This document shows positions 24,827-35,183 of a stretch of DNA of 64,000 bases, one piece after another. This DNA is from Spirochaetia bacterium (GTDB lineage Bacteria > Spirochaetota > Spirochaetia > SZUA-6 > Bin103): contig OZ241907.1 of the NCBI GenBank assembly GCA_965203515.1, forward strand, positions 1,888,001-1,952,000, read 5' to 3'. Made by a program: the position numbers and the translations under genes. Below the pieces are notes generated by a model. That model was not told the DNA's origin. It saw nothing but the letters and a program-made list of their open reading frames with translations, and did not search any database. How positions within the stretch are numbered: position 1 is the stretch's first letter; each line of letters begins with the position of its first letter.

Positions 24827-26854
24827 GTGCGCATCGGCATCGACTCCGGCGGCACGTTCACGGACGTGGTCGCCTGCGACCCGGAACGAGGCCGCCTGGT
24901 GTTCCACAAGGTCGCCTCCACGCCGGACGACCCGGCTGCCGGCATCGTGGGCGGCGCGCTGGCGGCAGCCGAGCGCGCTCAGGCGCGGCCGGGCGAGGTG
25001 ACGATGCTGATCCACGGCACCACGGTCGCCACCAATCAGGTGCTGCAGCGCTCCGGGGCTCGGGTCGCGTTGATCACCACCGCCGGATTCCGCGACGTGC
25101 TCCACATCCAGCGACAGGCGCGTCCGCGGCTGTACGACCTGCGCGCGCGCCGCACCGAGCCGCTGGTGCCGCGCGAGCTCCGCTTCGAGGTGCGCGAGCG
25201 CATGCGCTTCGACGGCACGGTACTGACCCCGCTCGACCGCGCGGACCTGGCCGCCGTGATCGACTCGATCCGCGCCGCCGACGTGCAGGCGGTCGCCGTG
25301 GGGCTGTTGCACAGCTACGCCAATCCCCGGCACGAGCGGGAGATCGGCCGGGAGGTGGCGCGCCGGCTGCCGGGCGTGGCGGTCAGCCTCTCGCACGAGT
25401 TGATGGGCGAGCATGGCGAGTACGAGCGCTTCAGCACCTGCGTGATGAACGCCTTCGTGCAGCCGGGCATCGAGCGGTACGTCACCCGCCTGGGCGCGGG
25501 CCTGCGCGAGGCCGGCTTCGCGGCGCCGCTGTACGTGATGAAGTCGAACGGCGGGGTGATGACCGCCGGGGCGGCGGCGCGGCGCTGCGTGGAGACGGTG
25601 CTGTCCGGACCGGCCGGCGGGGTGGTCGCCGGCGCGGCGGTGGCGCGGGCGCGCGGGGCCGCTGACCTGATCACCTGCGACATGGGCGGCACCAGCTTCG
25701 ACGTGGGCGTCATCCGGGACGGCGCCATCCCGTTCGCCCGCGACACGGAGATGGGCGGTCTGGCGATCGGCGTGCCGATGCTCGATCTGCACACCGTGGG
25801 AGCCGGCGGCGGCAGCATCGCCTGGCTGGACGCCGGCAACGCGCTGCGCGTCGGGCCGCGCTCGGCTGGCGCGGTGCCGGGCCCGGCCTGCTACGGGACC
25901 GGCGGCGCCGAGCCGACCGTCACCGACGCCGATCTGGTGCTGGGCCGGTTGGGGACCCGCACGCTGCTGGGCGGCGGCATGACGCTCGACCGGGAGGCGG
26001 CCGAACGGGCGATCCACGACCGCGTCGCCGCGCCGCTGGGCATCGGCGTCGCCGAAGCGGCGGAGGGGATCGTGCGCGTGATCGACGCCACCATGACCGC
26101 CGCGATCCGCAAGCTGACGATCGAGCGCGGCCACGATCCGCGCGACTTCGCGCTCTGCCCGTTCGGCGGCGCCGGTCCCATGCACGGCGCGGAGCTGGCC
26201 GCCGAGTTGGGGGTCGCCGAGACGGTGATCCCGATCGCCCCCGGCGTGCACTCGGCGGTGGGACTGCTGATGACCAACCTGCGCGAGGACCGCACCAGGA
26301 CGCTGGTTCGCCGGCTCGACGCGGCGGCCGGGGACGAGTTGCGCGCCGCGCTGCGCGAACTGGAAGCGGCCGGACGGGAGCAGCTCCGGGCGCCGGCCGG
26401 GGCCGAGCCGACCGTCAGCCGCGCGGTCGGCCAGCGCTACCTGGGGCAGCGCTACGAGCTGCCGGTGCCGGTCGGCGCCGCGTTGCCGGCGCCGGCGGAG
26501 CTCTGCGAGCGGTTCCACCGGCTGCACGACCAGCGCTACGGCTACCGGCGCGACGACCATCCGGTGGAGGTGGCGAGTGCCTGGGTGGCGGTGGAGCACG
26601 ACCTGCAGCCGCTGGCGCTGCCGGAGTGCCCGGCGTGCGATCGGGCGCCGGAGCCGCGGCAGACGCGGCCGGCGCGGTTCGACGGTGTGGAGCGGGAGGT
26701 GCCGGTGTACGCCCGCGATGACCTGAGAGCCGGGCACGCCCTGCGCGGACCGGCCGTCGTCGAGCAGCTCGACGCCACCTCGGTCGTGCCCCCGGGACAC
26801 CGGCTGGCGGTCGATCGCTTCGGCCACCTGGTGGTATCGCGGACCGATGGCTGA
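24827..26854 (+). CDS. Hydantoinase A / oxoprolinase family protein
   Basis: IDSGGTFTD, HGTTVATN, SGPAGG, DMGGTSFD, GAGGGS. Confidence 0.93.
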   Translation: MRIGIDSGGTFTDVVACDPERGRLVFHKVASTPDDPAAGIVGGALAAAERAQARPGEVTMLIHGTTVATNQVLQRSGARVALITTAGFRDVLHIQRQARPRLYDLRARRTEPLVPRELRFEVRERMRFDGTVLTPLDRADLAAVIDSIRAADVQAVAVGLLHSYANPRHEREIGREVARRLPGVAVSLSHELMGEHGEYERFSTCVMNAFVQPGIERYVTRLGAGLREAGFAAPLYVMKSNGGVMTAGAAARRCVETVLSGPAGGVVAGAAVARARGAADLITCDMGGTSFDVGVIRDGAIPFARDTEMGGLAIGVPMLDLHTVGAGGGSIAWLDAGNALRVGPRSAGAVPGPACYGTGGAEPTVTDADLVLGRLGTRTLLGGGMTLDREAAERAIHDRVAAPLGIGVAEAAEGIVRVIDATMTAAIRKLTIERGHDPRDFALCPFGGAGPMHGAELAAELGVAETVIPIAPGVHSAVGLLMTNLREDRTRTLVRRLDAAAGDELRAALRELEAAGREQLRAPAGAEPTVSRAVGQRYLGQRYELPVPVGAALPAPAELCERFHRLHDQRYGYRRDDHPVEVASAWVAVEHDLQPLALPECPACDRAPEPRQTRPARFDGVEREVPVYARDDLRAGHALRGPAVVEQLDATSVVPPGHRLAVDRFGHLVVSRTDG

Positions 26855-28589
26855 CCGGTCCCGGGAGCGCCGGGCCGCCGGCCGCGCGGCGGCGATCGAT
26901 GCGATCACGCTGGAGATCATGCGCAACCGCTGGTTGGGGATCGCCGAAGAGTGCTGCGCCGTCCTGGTGCGCGCCAGCTACTCCACCAACATCAAGGACC
27001 GCCGCGACTGCTCGGTGGCGCTGGCCGCGCCGGAGGGGGCCATCGTCGCGCAGGCCGAGGTCGGCACGCCGCTCCACCTTGGCATCATGCCGGGCGTGCT
27101 CGGCGCGATTCTGGCCCAGTTCCCGCCGGACTCCATGCAGCCCGGCGACATGTACGCCAGCAACCTGCCCTATCCCGAAGGGCCGGGGCATCTGCCGGAC
27201 CTGTCGCTGGTGGCGCCGGTCTTCCACCGGGGCGAGCTGGTCGCCCTGTCGGCCTCCACCGCGCACCACGTCGACATGGGCGGCTACGCGCCGGGGAGCA
27301 TGCCGTTCGGCGTGACCGAGATCTACCAGGAGGGGCTGCAGATACCGCCGATCGCGCTGGTGCGCGGCGGCGAGCTGCAGGAGCCGATCCTGCGGCTGAT
27401 CGAGCAGAACGTGCGCACCCGCATCGAGGTGCGCGGCGACCTGATGGCGCAGTACGCCACCGCGCGCACCGCGCAACGGCGCGTTGACGAGCTGCTCGGC
27501 TCGTCCGGCGACGGCCGGCTGGCGCTCGACGCCATCCCGGCGATCCTGGATCACGCCGAGGCGTGCATGCGGGCCGGCATCCGCGACCTGCCCGACGGGG
27601 CGTATCGGTTCGAAGACTACCTGGACGACGACGGCGTCACCGACGAGCCGGTGCGGATCGCCGTCGAGATACGGGTCGACGGCGACGAGCTGACCGTCGA
27701 CTTCGCCGGCACCGCCGCCCAGGTGGCGGGTCCCTTGAACGCGCGGCTGAGCGCCGCGCGGGCGGCGGTCTACTACACCTGCAAGGCGGTGATCGACCCC
27801 GACCTGCCGACCTCGGCCGGCGCCTACCGGCCGATCCGCGTGACCGCCCCGGAAGGGACCGTGATGAACGCCCGATTCCCGGCCGCGATCGGCAACGCCA
27901 ACATCCTCACCGACCAGCGCGTGGTCGACGTGCTGATGGGGGCGTTGGCGCAGTGCGTGCCGGAGCGGGTCTGCGCCGCCTGCTCGGGCGAGATGAACCT
28001 GCTCAACGTCGGCGGCGCCGACGACCGTCCGAACGCGCCCGACTCCTACTACAACTACGTGGAGACCTACGCCGGCGGGCAGGGGGCGATGCACGATCTG
28101 GACGGCGAGGACGGCGTGCACACGCATCTGACCAACACCCGCAACGCGCCGGTCGAGGTGATCGAGCGCACCTATCCGCTGGAGGTGGTGCGCTACGGGC
28201 TGGTGCCGGACACCGAAGGCGCCGGGCGGCGGCGCGGCGGCTGCGGCATGGTCCGCGAGCTGCGCTGCCTGGGCGAGCGCACGGTGGTCACCGTCGGCGC
28301 CGACCGCCGGCGCTTCACGCCCTGGGGGCTGGCAGGCGGCGGCAACGCCGCCGGGTCGATGCTCACCGTGACCGCCGCCGACGGCGCGGTGCGGGTGCTG
28401 CCGACCAAGGCGTTCACGGAGCTGCGGCGCGGCGACCTGCTCACCGTCCGCACGCCGGGCGGCGGCGGCTGGGGCGCGCCGGCCGAGCGCGAGCGCGAAC
28501 GCGTGGACCGCGACGTGCGCTCCGGCCTGATCAGCCGGGAGCGGGCGCGGGACGTGTACGGCGCCGATCCGTCCGCCGATAGCGGCTGA
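26847..28589 (+). CDS. Hydantoinase B / oxoprolinase family protein
   Basis: STNIKDRRDCS, GHLPD, HHVDMGG, EIYQEGL, TPGGGGWG. Confidence 0.93.
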   Translation: MADRSRERRAAGRAAAIDAITLEIMRNRWLGIAEECCAVLVRASYSTNIKDRRDCSVALAAPEGAIVAQAEVGTPLHLGIMPGVLGAILAQFPPDSMQPGDMYASNLPYPEGPGHLPDLSLVAPVFHRGELVALSASTAHHVDMGGYAPGSMPFGVTEIYQEGLQIPPIALVRGGELQEPILRLIEQNVRTRIEVRGDLMAQYATARTAQRRVDELLGSSGDGRLALDAIPAILDHAEACMRAGIRDLPDGAYRFEDYLDDDGVTDEPVRIAVEIRVDGDELTVDFAGTAAQVAGPLNARLSAARAAVYYTCKAVIDPDLPTSAGAYRPIRVTAPEGTVMNARFPAAIGNANILTDQRVVDVLMGALAQCVPERVCAACSGEMNLLNVGGADDRPNAPDSYYNYVETYAGGQGAMHDLDGEDGVHTHLTNTRNAPVEVIERTYPLEVVRYGLVPDTEGAGRRRGGCGMVRELRCLGERTVVTVGADRRRFTPWGLAGGGNAAGSMLTVTAADGAVRVLPTKAFTELRRGDLLTVRTPGGGGWGAPAERERERVDRDVRSGLISRERARDVYGADPSADSG

Positions 28590-28635
28590 CCTGATCTGAC
28601 GCCGCAGCCCGTTAATTGCGTTCCGTGCGCAGAAC

Positions 28636-29361
28636 ATGCAAGAATCGGCCACCTTGCCGTTGATCTACTACACGCACGCACGGCGCGACGAGGCCAAGGT
28701 CGCGCTCACCTTCGACGACGGCCCGAACCCGCCGCGTACGGACCAGATCATGGACATCCTGGACGCAAAGGGGGCGCGCGGCACCTTCTTCGTGCTCGGC
28801 AAGTGGGTCGAGCGGTGGCCGCAGGCGGTCGAGCGCATCGTGCGCCGCGGCCACTGCATCGGCAACCACAGCTACCTCCACCACGCCCATCTCGGCGACT
28901 TCGACCGCGCCGAAGCCGTGATCGGCAATCTGCTGGGCCGCCCCACGCGGTTCCTGCGCGCCCACTACTTCAATTATTTCACCTGCCTGTACTCACCCCT
29001 GGCCCGGTGCGGGTCCATGGCGATCGTCGACTCCGACGTCAACCCGGCCGACTACGCCAAGACCGACCCGCAGGAGATCGTCGACGCCACGCTGCAGCAC
29101 CCGTCGCTCGCCGCGGGGTCGATCATCGACCTGCACGACAGCGCGGAGACCGACGACGACGGGCTCCGTCTGGCGCGGCCGCTGCCGCTGATCGCCGCGC
29201 TGCCCAAGATCATCGACGGCCTGCTGGCGCGGGGCTTCCAGCTCGTCGGTCTGGACCGGATGACTCTGGTCGACCCGGTGGAGTGGCAGCCGGACGACCG
29301 CGCCGCCTACGCCTCACCGGAGGCTCGCGCCGCAGTGTACGAGCTCGGCCGGCCGCGATGA
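28636..29361 (+). CDS. Polysaccharide deacetylase (CE4/NodB) family
   Basis: ALTFDDGP, GNHSYLH, IIDLHD. Confidence 0.9.
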   Translation: MQESATLPLIYYTHARRDEAKVALTFDDGPNPPRTDQIMDILDAKGARGTFFVLGKWVERWPQAVERIVRRGHCIGNHSYLHHAHLGDFDRAEAVIGNLLGRPTRFLRAHYFNYFTCLYSPLARCGSMAIVDSDVNPADYAKTDPQEIVDATLQHPSLAAGSIIDLHDSAETDDDGLRLARPLPLIAALPKIIDGLLARGFQLVGLDRMTLVDPVEWQPDDRAAYASPEARAAVYELGRPR

Positions 29362-29415
29362 CTCCGCTTCGGCTTCCGTTCATCAGACCTCGGTTCACGT
29401 AAGGAGGAGAGAGGA

Positions 29416-30996
29416 ATGAACATCCGTATCAGACCACTGTTGGTGGCCGCGCTGGCGACGGCGTTGTCGTTCGGCGGCGCCGCAGCCATGGCAGATGATG
29501 ACGTCCTGATTATCGCGATAGCGGGCGACGTCGAAACGCTCGACCCGCCGTTCTCGCGCTTTCAGCGCTCGAACGAGACGAATCTGAACGTCTACGACCA
29601 GTTCTTCCGCTACGGGCGGCGCGACACCGGTCAGGGCTACGACATCGCCGATACCGGCGTGATCGAAGGGGCCGCCGTGGAGTCGTGGGAGTGGTCGGAC
29701 GATCAGACCTCGATCGTGCTCGATATCCGGCAGGGCGTGACCTTCCCCAGGACCGGCCGCGAGCTGACCGCCGACGACTTCATCTACTGGTTCGAGCGGG
29801 CGCACGGAACCGAATCCGGCACCGCCTGGAACGTCAACACCGCCGGCATCACCTCGTATGAGAAGACCGGCGACCATCAGGTGACGCTGCAGTTCGCGAA
29901 CCCCAGCCCGTGGTTCTTCTACCTGTTTCGCGACCAGTCGCAGGGCCCGATGGACCACGTCGAGGCGCAGGCCCACGTCGAGTCGGACGATCCCTGGGCC
30001 ACGCGCTGGCTGGCCAAGAACGACATCGGCTCCGGCGAGTATTACGTCGAAAGCTGGGAGGCCGGCGTGGAGATGGTGCTGCGCGCCAACCCCGACTACT
30101 GGGCCGGGCCGGCCTTCTTCGAGAAGATCATCCTGCAGATCGTCCCCAACTCGGCCGACCGGGCGCTGTTGCTGCGCGAGGGAGAGATCGATATCGCCAC
30201 CGGACTCTCCACCGACGAGCTGAGCGCCCTGCGCGGCTCCGACGGCGTGCAGGTGCTGTCGATCCCGACCCGCAACCAGATGATCTTCGGCCTCAACGTG
30301 CAACGCGCGCCGTTCGATGACGTGCGCGTCCGCCAGGCGCTGTCGTACGCGGTGCCGTACGAGGCGATCGCGGAGGGGATCTTCGGCGGCAATGCGCTGG
30401 TGTCGGCCGGTCCCATTCCGGTCGGCGGACAAAACCACGACGGCGCCCTGTGGCCGTACTCATTCGACCCGGACAAGGCGTCCGCGCTGCTGGCCGAGGC
30501 CGGCTACGGCGACGGATTCGAGTTCACGCTCGACATAGCCTCCGGCCTGCCCACGATCGAGCAGATCGCGGTCGTCCTGCAGGATGCGTTCGCCGACGTC
30601 GGCGTCACCATGAACATCAACCCGCAACCCGCCGCGGTCTTCGCGGAGCAGCTCGGCACGCTGGAGCATCACGCCTGGATGCGCGACCTGCTGTGGTACG
30701 TGGATGACGCCGGCTACACCGGCGACCTGTTCTTCCGCACCGACGCGGTCGCCAACTGGATGGGCTACGGCGACGCCGAGCTGGACGGCATCATCGATGA
30801 GCTGACCGTCACGCTCGATGCCGGACGCAAGGCCGAGCTGGCGCAACGCTATCAGGAGATCCTGATCGAGGCCGCGCCGGCGCTCTACATCGCGGAGATG
30901 CCGTTCGAGATCGCGATGCGGGACGACATTCACGGCTACGTGCAGCTCCCCGACAACCTGCTGTGGTACTGGCCGCTCTATCGCGGCGACGGTTGA
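29416..30996 (+). CDS. ABC substrate-binding protein (family 5)
   Basis: Strong RBS; signal peptide; GSGEY, ANPDYW, PFDDVRVRQAL. Confidence 0.9.
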   Translation: MNIRIRPLLVAALATALSFGGAAAMADDDVLIIAIAGDVETLDPPFSRFQRSNETNLNVYDQFFRYGRRDTGQGYDIADTGVIEGAAVESWEWSDDQTSIVLDIRQGVTFPRTGRELTADDFIYWFERAHGTESGTAWNVNTAGITSYEKTGDHQVTLQFANPSPWFFYLFRDQSQGPMDHVEAQAHVESDDPWATRWLAKNDIGSGEYYVESWEAGVEMVLRANPDYWAGPAFFEKIILQIVPNSADRALLLREGEIDIATGLSTDELSALRGSDGVQVLSIPTRNQMIFGLNVQRAPFDDVRVRQALSYAVPYEAIAEGIFGGNALVSAGPIPVGGQNHDGALWPYSFDPDKASALLAEAGYGDGFEFTLDIASGLPTIEQIAVVLQDAFADVGVTMNINPQPAAVFAEQLGTLEHHAWMRDLLWYVDDAGYTGDLFFRTDAVANWMGYGDAELDGIIDELTVTLDAGRKAELAQRYQEILIEAAPALYIAEMPFEIAMRDDIHGYVQLPDNLLWYWPLYRGDG

Positions 30997-31033
30997 CCCT
31001 GGCGCAAGGTCGCGCGCCGGCGCACGGTCGCGC

Positions 31034-31091
31034 GGCGTCGGAACGCTGGGCGTCGGAACGCTGGGCGTCGGAACGCTGGGCGTCGGAACGC
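31034..31091. repeat. Intergenic tandem repeat, 15 bp x ~4 (GGCGTCGGAACGCTG)
   Basis: Three full units plus a 13-bp partial unit, no spacers. Confidence 0.95.
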
Positions 31092-31190
31092 ATGGCTACG
31101 GATCACATGGCGCCGTTCGCGGGGTGCGGGCGCTGAGCGCTCGTCACCCCGCTCGTCGTTCCGCGGCCTGCCTGAGCGCGCGCTGAACCG

Positions 31191-32222
31191 ATGCTTCAGT
31201 CCGCGCGCGAGTGGGCGCGGTTCCTGCTCAAGCGGATCGGCATCCTGGCGATCTCCCTGCTGGGCGTGTCGATGATCACCTTCGCGGTCACCCACGCCAT
31301 CGGCAACCCGGTCTACCTGCTGGTCGGTCCCCGGCACAACCAGGAGATGCTCGACAACCTGACCCGCGAGCTGGGACTGGACCGGCCGCTGCCGGAGCGC
31401 TATCTCAACTACCTGGGCAATCTTGCGCGCGGCAACCTGGGGGTATCCCGCTACTCCTACAACCCCGTGCTGACCGACATCCGCTCGCGGTTGCCGGCTA
31501 CCCTGGAGCTGTCGACCTGCGCGCTGCTGCTCGGGGTGCTGTGGGCGGTGCCGGCCGGGGTGATCGCCGGCATCCGCCGCCGCGGCCTGTTCGCCCGTTT
31601 GGCGGACGTGACCGCGCGCGGCGGCGTCTCGATGCCCGGTTTCTGGCTCGGGCTGCTGCTGATCTTCGTCTTCTTCGCGGAGCTGGGTTGGCTGCCGGCG
31701 CCGCTCGGCCGCCTCGATCGAGACTTCACCAGACCGCCGTACGTCACCGGCTGGTACACTATCGACACGCTGCTGGCCGGCGATGGCGGCGCGTTCCTCT
31801 CCAGCGTTCGCCACCTGATCCTGCCGGCGGTGACGCTGGCGCTCACGACCAGCCCCAGCACGCTGCAGATCACGCGCAACACGATGCGGGAGGTGATGCG
31901 GAGCGACTACATCCGCACCGCCAGGGCATTCGGGATGCCGTCCTCGACGATCTATCGCTACGCGCTGCGCAACATCCTGGGGCCGGTGATCACGATGATC
32001 GCCATGACCTACGGCTATCTGCTGAGCGGAACCGTGCTGGTCGAGGTGGTGTTCACGTGGCCGGGGTTGGGACTCTATGCGGTCGACGCCATGAACCACT
32101 CCGACTACGAGCCGATCATGGGCGTCGTGCTGCTGACCGCCGCCTTCTACCTGTCGATCTACCTCGCCGCCGACGTCATCAACGCGCTCCTCGATCCGCG
32201 CGTGCGCAGCCGGGACCATTGA
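31191..32222 (+). CDS. ABC permease (DppB type)
   Basis: LGLDRPL, YIRTARAFG, LDPRVR. Confidence 0.92.
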   Translation: MLQSAREWARFLLKRIGILAISLLGVSMITFAVTHAIGNPVYLLVGPRHNQEMLDNLTRELGLDRPLPERYLNYLGNLARGNLGVSRYSYNPVLTDIRSRLPATLELSTCALLLGVLWAVPAGVIAGIRRRGLFARLADVTARGGVSMPGFWLGLLLIFVFFAELGWLPAPLGRLDRDFTRPPYVTGWYTIDTLLAGDGGAFLSSVRHLILPAVTLALTTSPSTLQITRNTMREVMRSDYIRTARAFGMPSSTIYRYALRNILGPVITMIAMTYGYLLSGTVLVEVVFTWPGLGLYAVDAMNHSDYEPIMGVVLLTAAFYLSIYLAADVINALLDPRVRSRDH

Positions 32223-32280
32223 ATGCGGCCGGTCCGCCATCCACGTAGACCTCGATCCGCGCGTGCGCATCCGGGACTGA
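32189..32280 (+). repeat. 28-bp direct repeat of the permease 3' end (32189-32216 and 32250-32277)
   Basis: cctcgatccgcgcgtgcgca(g/t)ccgggac twice, each soon followed by TGA. Confidence 0.9.
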
Positions 32281-32282
32281 GC

Positions 32283-33182
32283 ATGGGTGACGCCGCTGTC
32301 GCGCCCGCCGCCGACACTCCGGTCGACGCCCCGGTCGACGCTGCGCGGTCGAGCTTCTACCGGCGCCTGGAGCACGCCAACGGCGCGGCCCGGGTGCGTA
32401 TCAACCTTGCCGTGCTGTCGCTGCTGATCGCGCTGGGCGTGATCGCTCCGCTGCTGCCCTTGCCGGATCCGGTCGATCCGAATCCGCTCTCCCGGTTCGC
32501 GCCGCCGTCGCGGGAGCACTGGTTCGGGACCGACGTCAACGGCATGGACGTCTTCTCTCGCACGATCCACGCGATACGGGTCGACTTTTCGCTGGCGCTC
32601 AGCTCGGTGCTGATCGGCATCCTCGCCGGCGTGCCGCTGGGCGCGCTGGCCGGCTACTTCGGCGGCCGTTTCGATACCGTGGTGACGCGGATCACGGAGG
32701 TGTTTCAGGGCTTTCCGCAGATCCTGTTCGGCATGGCGGTGCTGGCGGCGGCCGGCAACACGCTGGTGAACCTGGTGCTGATCATTGCGTTCTACAACGT
32801 TCCGGTCTACAGCAAGATGGTCCGCAGCGCCGCCGTACCGCTGCGCGAGGCGGACTTCGTACTGGCGGCGCGCGTGTTCGGCAACTCGCCGCTGTCGGTC
32901 GTCTTCCGGCACGTCATTCCCAATACGCTGGTGCCGGTCTTCTCGCAGCTTCCGTTGAGCTGCGCCTACGCCGTGCAGATGATCGCCGGGCTGAGCTTCA
33001 TCGGCCTGGGCGTCTCCATCCCGACGCCGGAGTGGGGTTCGATGATCCAGCTCGGCGCCAACCAGCTCGTGTTCGGCAAGTGGTGGGCGTCGGTCTTTCC
33101 CGGCCTGGCGCTGTTCGGCTCGGTCTGGGTGCTCAACAACGTCAGCGACCTGCTCGGTTCGCTGGTGGTCCGGCGGGCGTAG
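32283..33182 (+). CDS. ABC permease (DppC type)
   Basis: HWFGTDVNGMDVFSR, LSFIGLG, PEWG; ATG 32283 directly after the repeat. Confidence 0.9.
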   Translation: MGDAAVAPAADTPVDAPVDAARSSFYRRLEHANGAARVRINLAVLSLLIALGVIAPLLPLPDPVDPNPLSRFAPPSREHWFGTDVNGMDVFSRTIHAIRVDFSLALSSVLIGILAGVPLGALAGYFGGRFDTVVTRITEVFQGFPQILFGMAVLAAAGNTLVNLVLIIAFYNVPVYSKMVRSAAVPLREADFVLAARVFGNSPLSVVFRHVIPNTLVPVFSQLPLSCAYAVQMIAGLSFIGLGVSIPTPEWGSMIQLGANQLVFGKWWASVFPGLALFGSVWVLNNVSDLLGSLVVRRA

Positions 33183-33201
33183 CCCTCCACGAGCACTGGC
33201 C

Positions 33202-34161
33202 GTGGCGTTGCTGTCGATCCGCGACTTGGCCGTCGACTTCCTGGTCGACCGCCAGACGATCCACGCCCTGCGCGGCGTGACCATGAGCCTGGCGGAGGGC
33301 TCGCGCACGGCCGTGGTCGGCGAGAGCGGCTCGGGCAAGACCGTGACCGCGCTCAGCGTGCTGCGGCTGCTGCCGCCCACCGCACGGGTCACCGCCGGGC
33401 GGATCGACTTTGCCGGCCGGGACCTGACCGCGATCGACGATGCGCGGCTGGGCGAGATCCGCGGCTCGCAGGTAGCGATGATCTTCCAGCACGCCGCGGC
33501 TGCCCTCAACCCGCTGTGGCCGGTAGGTCGCCAGATTGCCGACGTCTATCGCCGTCACCGGGGAGGAACGCGGCGCCAGGCGTGGCAACGGGCGGTCGAG
33601 GTGCTGGCCGCTACCGGGATTCCCGATGCGGCCGCGCGTGCGCGGGACTATCCGCATCAGTTTTCGGGCGGCATGGCGCAGCGGGTGATGATCGCGATGG
33701 CGCTGGTCTGTTCGCCGCGGTTGCTGATCGCCGACGAGCCGACCACCGGGCTCGATCTGACTATTCAGGTGCAGGTGCTCGAGCTGATAGCCGAGGTGGT
33801 CGAGCGGCTCGATGCGACGCTGATGCTCATTTCGCACGACCTGGCGGTCGTCGGAGCGCTCTGCGATCACGTGGTAGTGATGTACGCGGGCGAGGTGATG
33901 GAGAGCGGCACGACCGCGCAGGTGCTGGAAGAGCCGGCCAATCCGTACACGGCAGGGTTGCTGGCGTGCTTCGCCGAGGCCGGCGGCGGCGACATGCCGT
34001 CGATCCCCGGACGTGCCCCGGACATGCGCCGGACGATGGCGGGCTGCGGGTTCGCCGAGCGCTGCGCGCATGCCGAGGAGCGGTGCCGGCGGAACCCGGC
34101 TCCGGTCGTCGAGGTCGCTGCCGGGCATCGGTCCCGGTGTCACTTTGCCGGAGAGCGGTAG
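33202..34161 (+). CDS. ABC ATP-binding protein (DppD type)
   Basis: GESGSGKT, YPHQFSGGMAQR, LIADEPT. Confidence 0.93.
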   Translation: MALLSIRDLAVDFLVDRQTIHALRGVTMSLAEGSRTAVVGESGSGKTVTALSVLRLLPPTARVTAGRIDFAGRDLTAIDDARLGEIRGSQVAMIFQHAAAALNPLWPVGRQIADVYRRHRGGTRRQAWQRAVEVLAATGIPDAAARARDYPHQFSGGMAQRVMIAMALVCSPRLLIADEPTTGLDLTIQVQVLELIAEVVERLDATLMLISHDLAVVGALCDHVVVMYAGEVMESGTTAQVLEEPANPYTAGLLACFAEAGGGDMPSIPGRAPDMRRTMAGCGFAERCAHAEERCRRNPAPVVEVAAGHRSRCHFAGER

Positions 34162-34166
34162 GCGGC

Positions 34167-35147
34167 ATGGACGACCGGCCGCTCTTGAGCGTCGAGCATT
34201 CGGTCAAGCGCTACGCGCTCCGGCGGCGCGGTCTGCGCCGATCGCACGTGACCGCCCTGGACGACGTGTCGATCGCCGTGCGGCGAGGCGAGTGCGTGGG
34301 TCTGGTCGGCGAATCGGGCTCCGGCAAATCGACGCTGGGCCGCTGCGTGCTCAACCTCACGCCGCTGGACGCGGGCCGCGTCGTGTTCGGAGGAGACGAG
34401 ATCCAGGCGCTGGGCGAACGCGGCTGGCGGCCGTTGCGGCGGCGGCTGCAAATCGTCTTCCAGAACCCGCTCACCTCCTTCAACCCGATGATGACCATCG
34501 AACAGTCGCTGCAGGACGCGTTGCGTCACACCACCACCCTGGAGGCGGCGGCGCGGCGCAACCGCGCGCGGCTGCTGCTGGAGCAGGTGCAGCTCGATCG
34601 ACGGTTCGCCGCGCTCTACCCCTACGAGCTCTCCGGGGGACAGCTGCAGCGCGCCGCCATCGCGCGGGCGCTGGCGCCGGGTCCTGACTTCCTGTTCCTG
34701 GACGAGCCGACCGCCGCCCTCGACATGTCGGTCAAGGGGCAGATCGTCAACCTGCTGCGCGACCTGCAGCGTCGCCACGAGCGGGCGCTCATCTTCGTGT
34801 CGCACGACCTGCGCGTGGTGCGCTACGTGGCCGATCGCGTCTACGTGATGTATCGGGGGCAAGTCGTGGAGCAGGGCAGCCGCGAGGCGGTGTTCGACCG
34901 GCCGCGGCATCCCTACACGCGCGCCCTGCTGGCCGCCACGCTGATCGGACGCGGCGCCCGCGCAGCCTCGACCGCGCCCGGCGGTGACGGCGAATCGGCC
35001 GGGCGGTCGCCGACGGGGTGCCGGCTGGTCGGCCGGTGTCCGTTCGCCCGCGAGCGCTGCCGTCAAGAGCCGCAGGCGCTGCGCGCCGTCGCGCCGGGCC
35101 ACGAAGTCCGCTGTTGGCGCTCGGAGCACCTGCCCCCGGTCGGGTGA
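34167..35147 (+). CDS. ABC ATP-binding protein (DppF type)
   Basis: GESGSGKS, LSGGQLQR, FLDEPT. Confidence 0.93.
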   Translation: MDDRPLLSVEHSVKRYALRRRGLRRSHVTALDDVSIAVRRGECVGLVGESGSGKSTLGRCVLNLTPLDAGRVVFGGDEIQALGERGWRPLRRRLQIVFQNPLTSFNPMMTIEQSLQDALRHTTTLEAAARRNRARLLLEQVQLDRRFAALYPYELSGGQLQRAAIARALAPGPDFLFLDEPTAALDMSVKGQIVNLLRDLQRRHERALIFVSHDLRVVRYVADRVYVMYRGQVVEQGSREAVFDRPRHPYTRALLAATLIGRGARAASTAPGGDGESAGRSPTGCRLVGRCPFARERCRQEPQALRAVAPGHEVRCWRSEHLPPVG

Positions 35148-35183
35148 GATGCTCATGCCTGACGAACCCCACCGCGCCCCGGC

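Noticed and set aside
31034..31091. Possible CRISPR array
   Set aside because: Units are 15 bp, directly adjacent with no spacers, and no cas genes are present
32223..32282. Longer start for the DppC permease
   Set aside because: It spans the duplicated gene-end scar; ATG 32283 fits better
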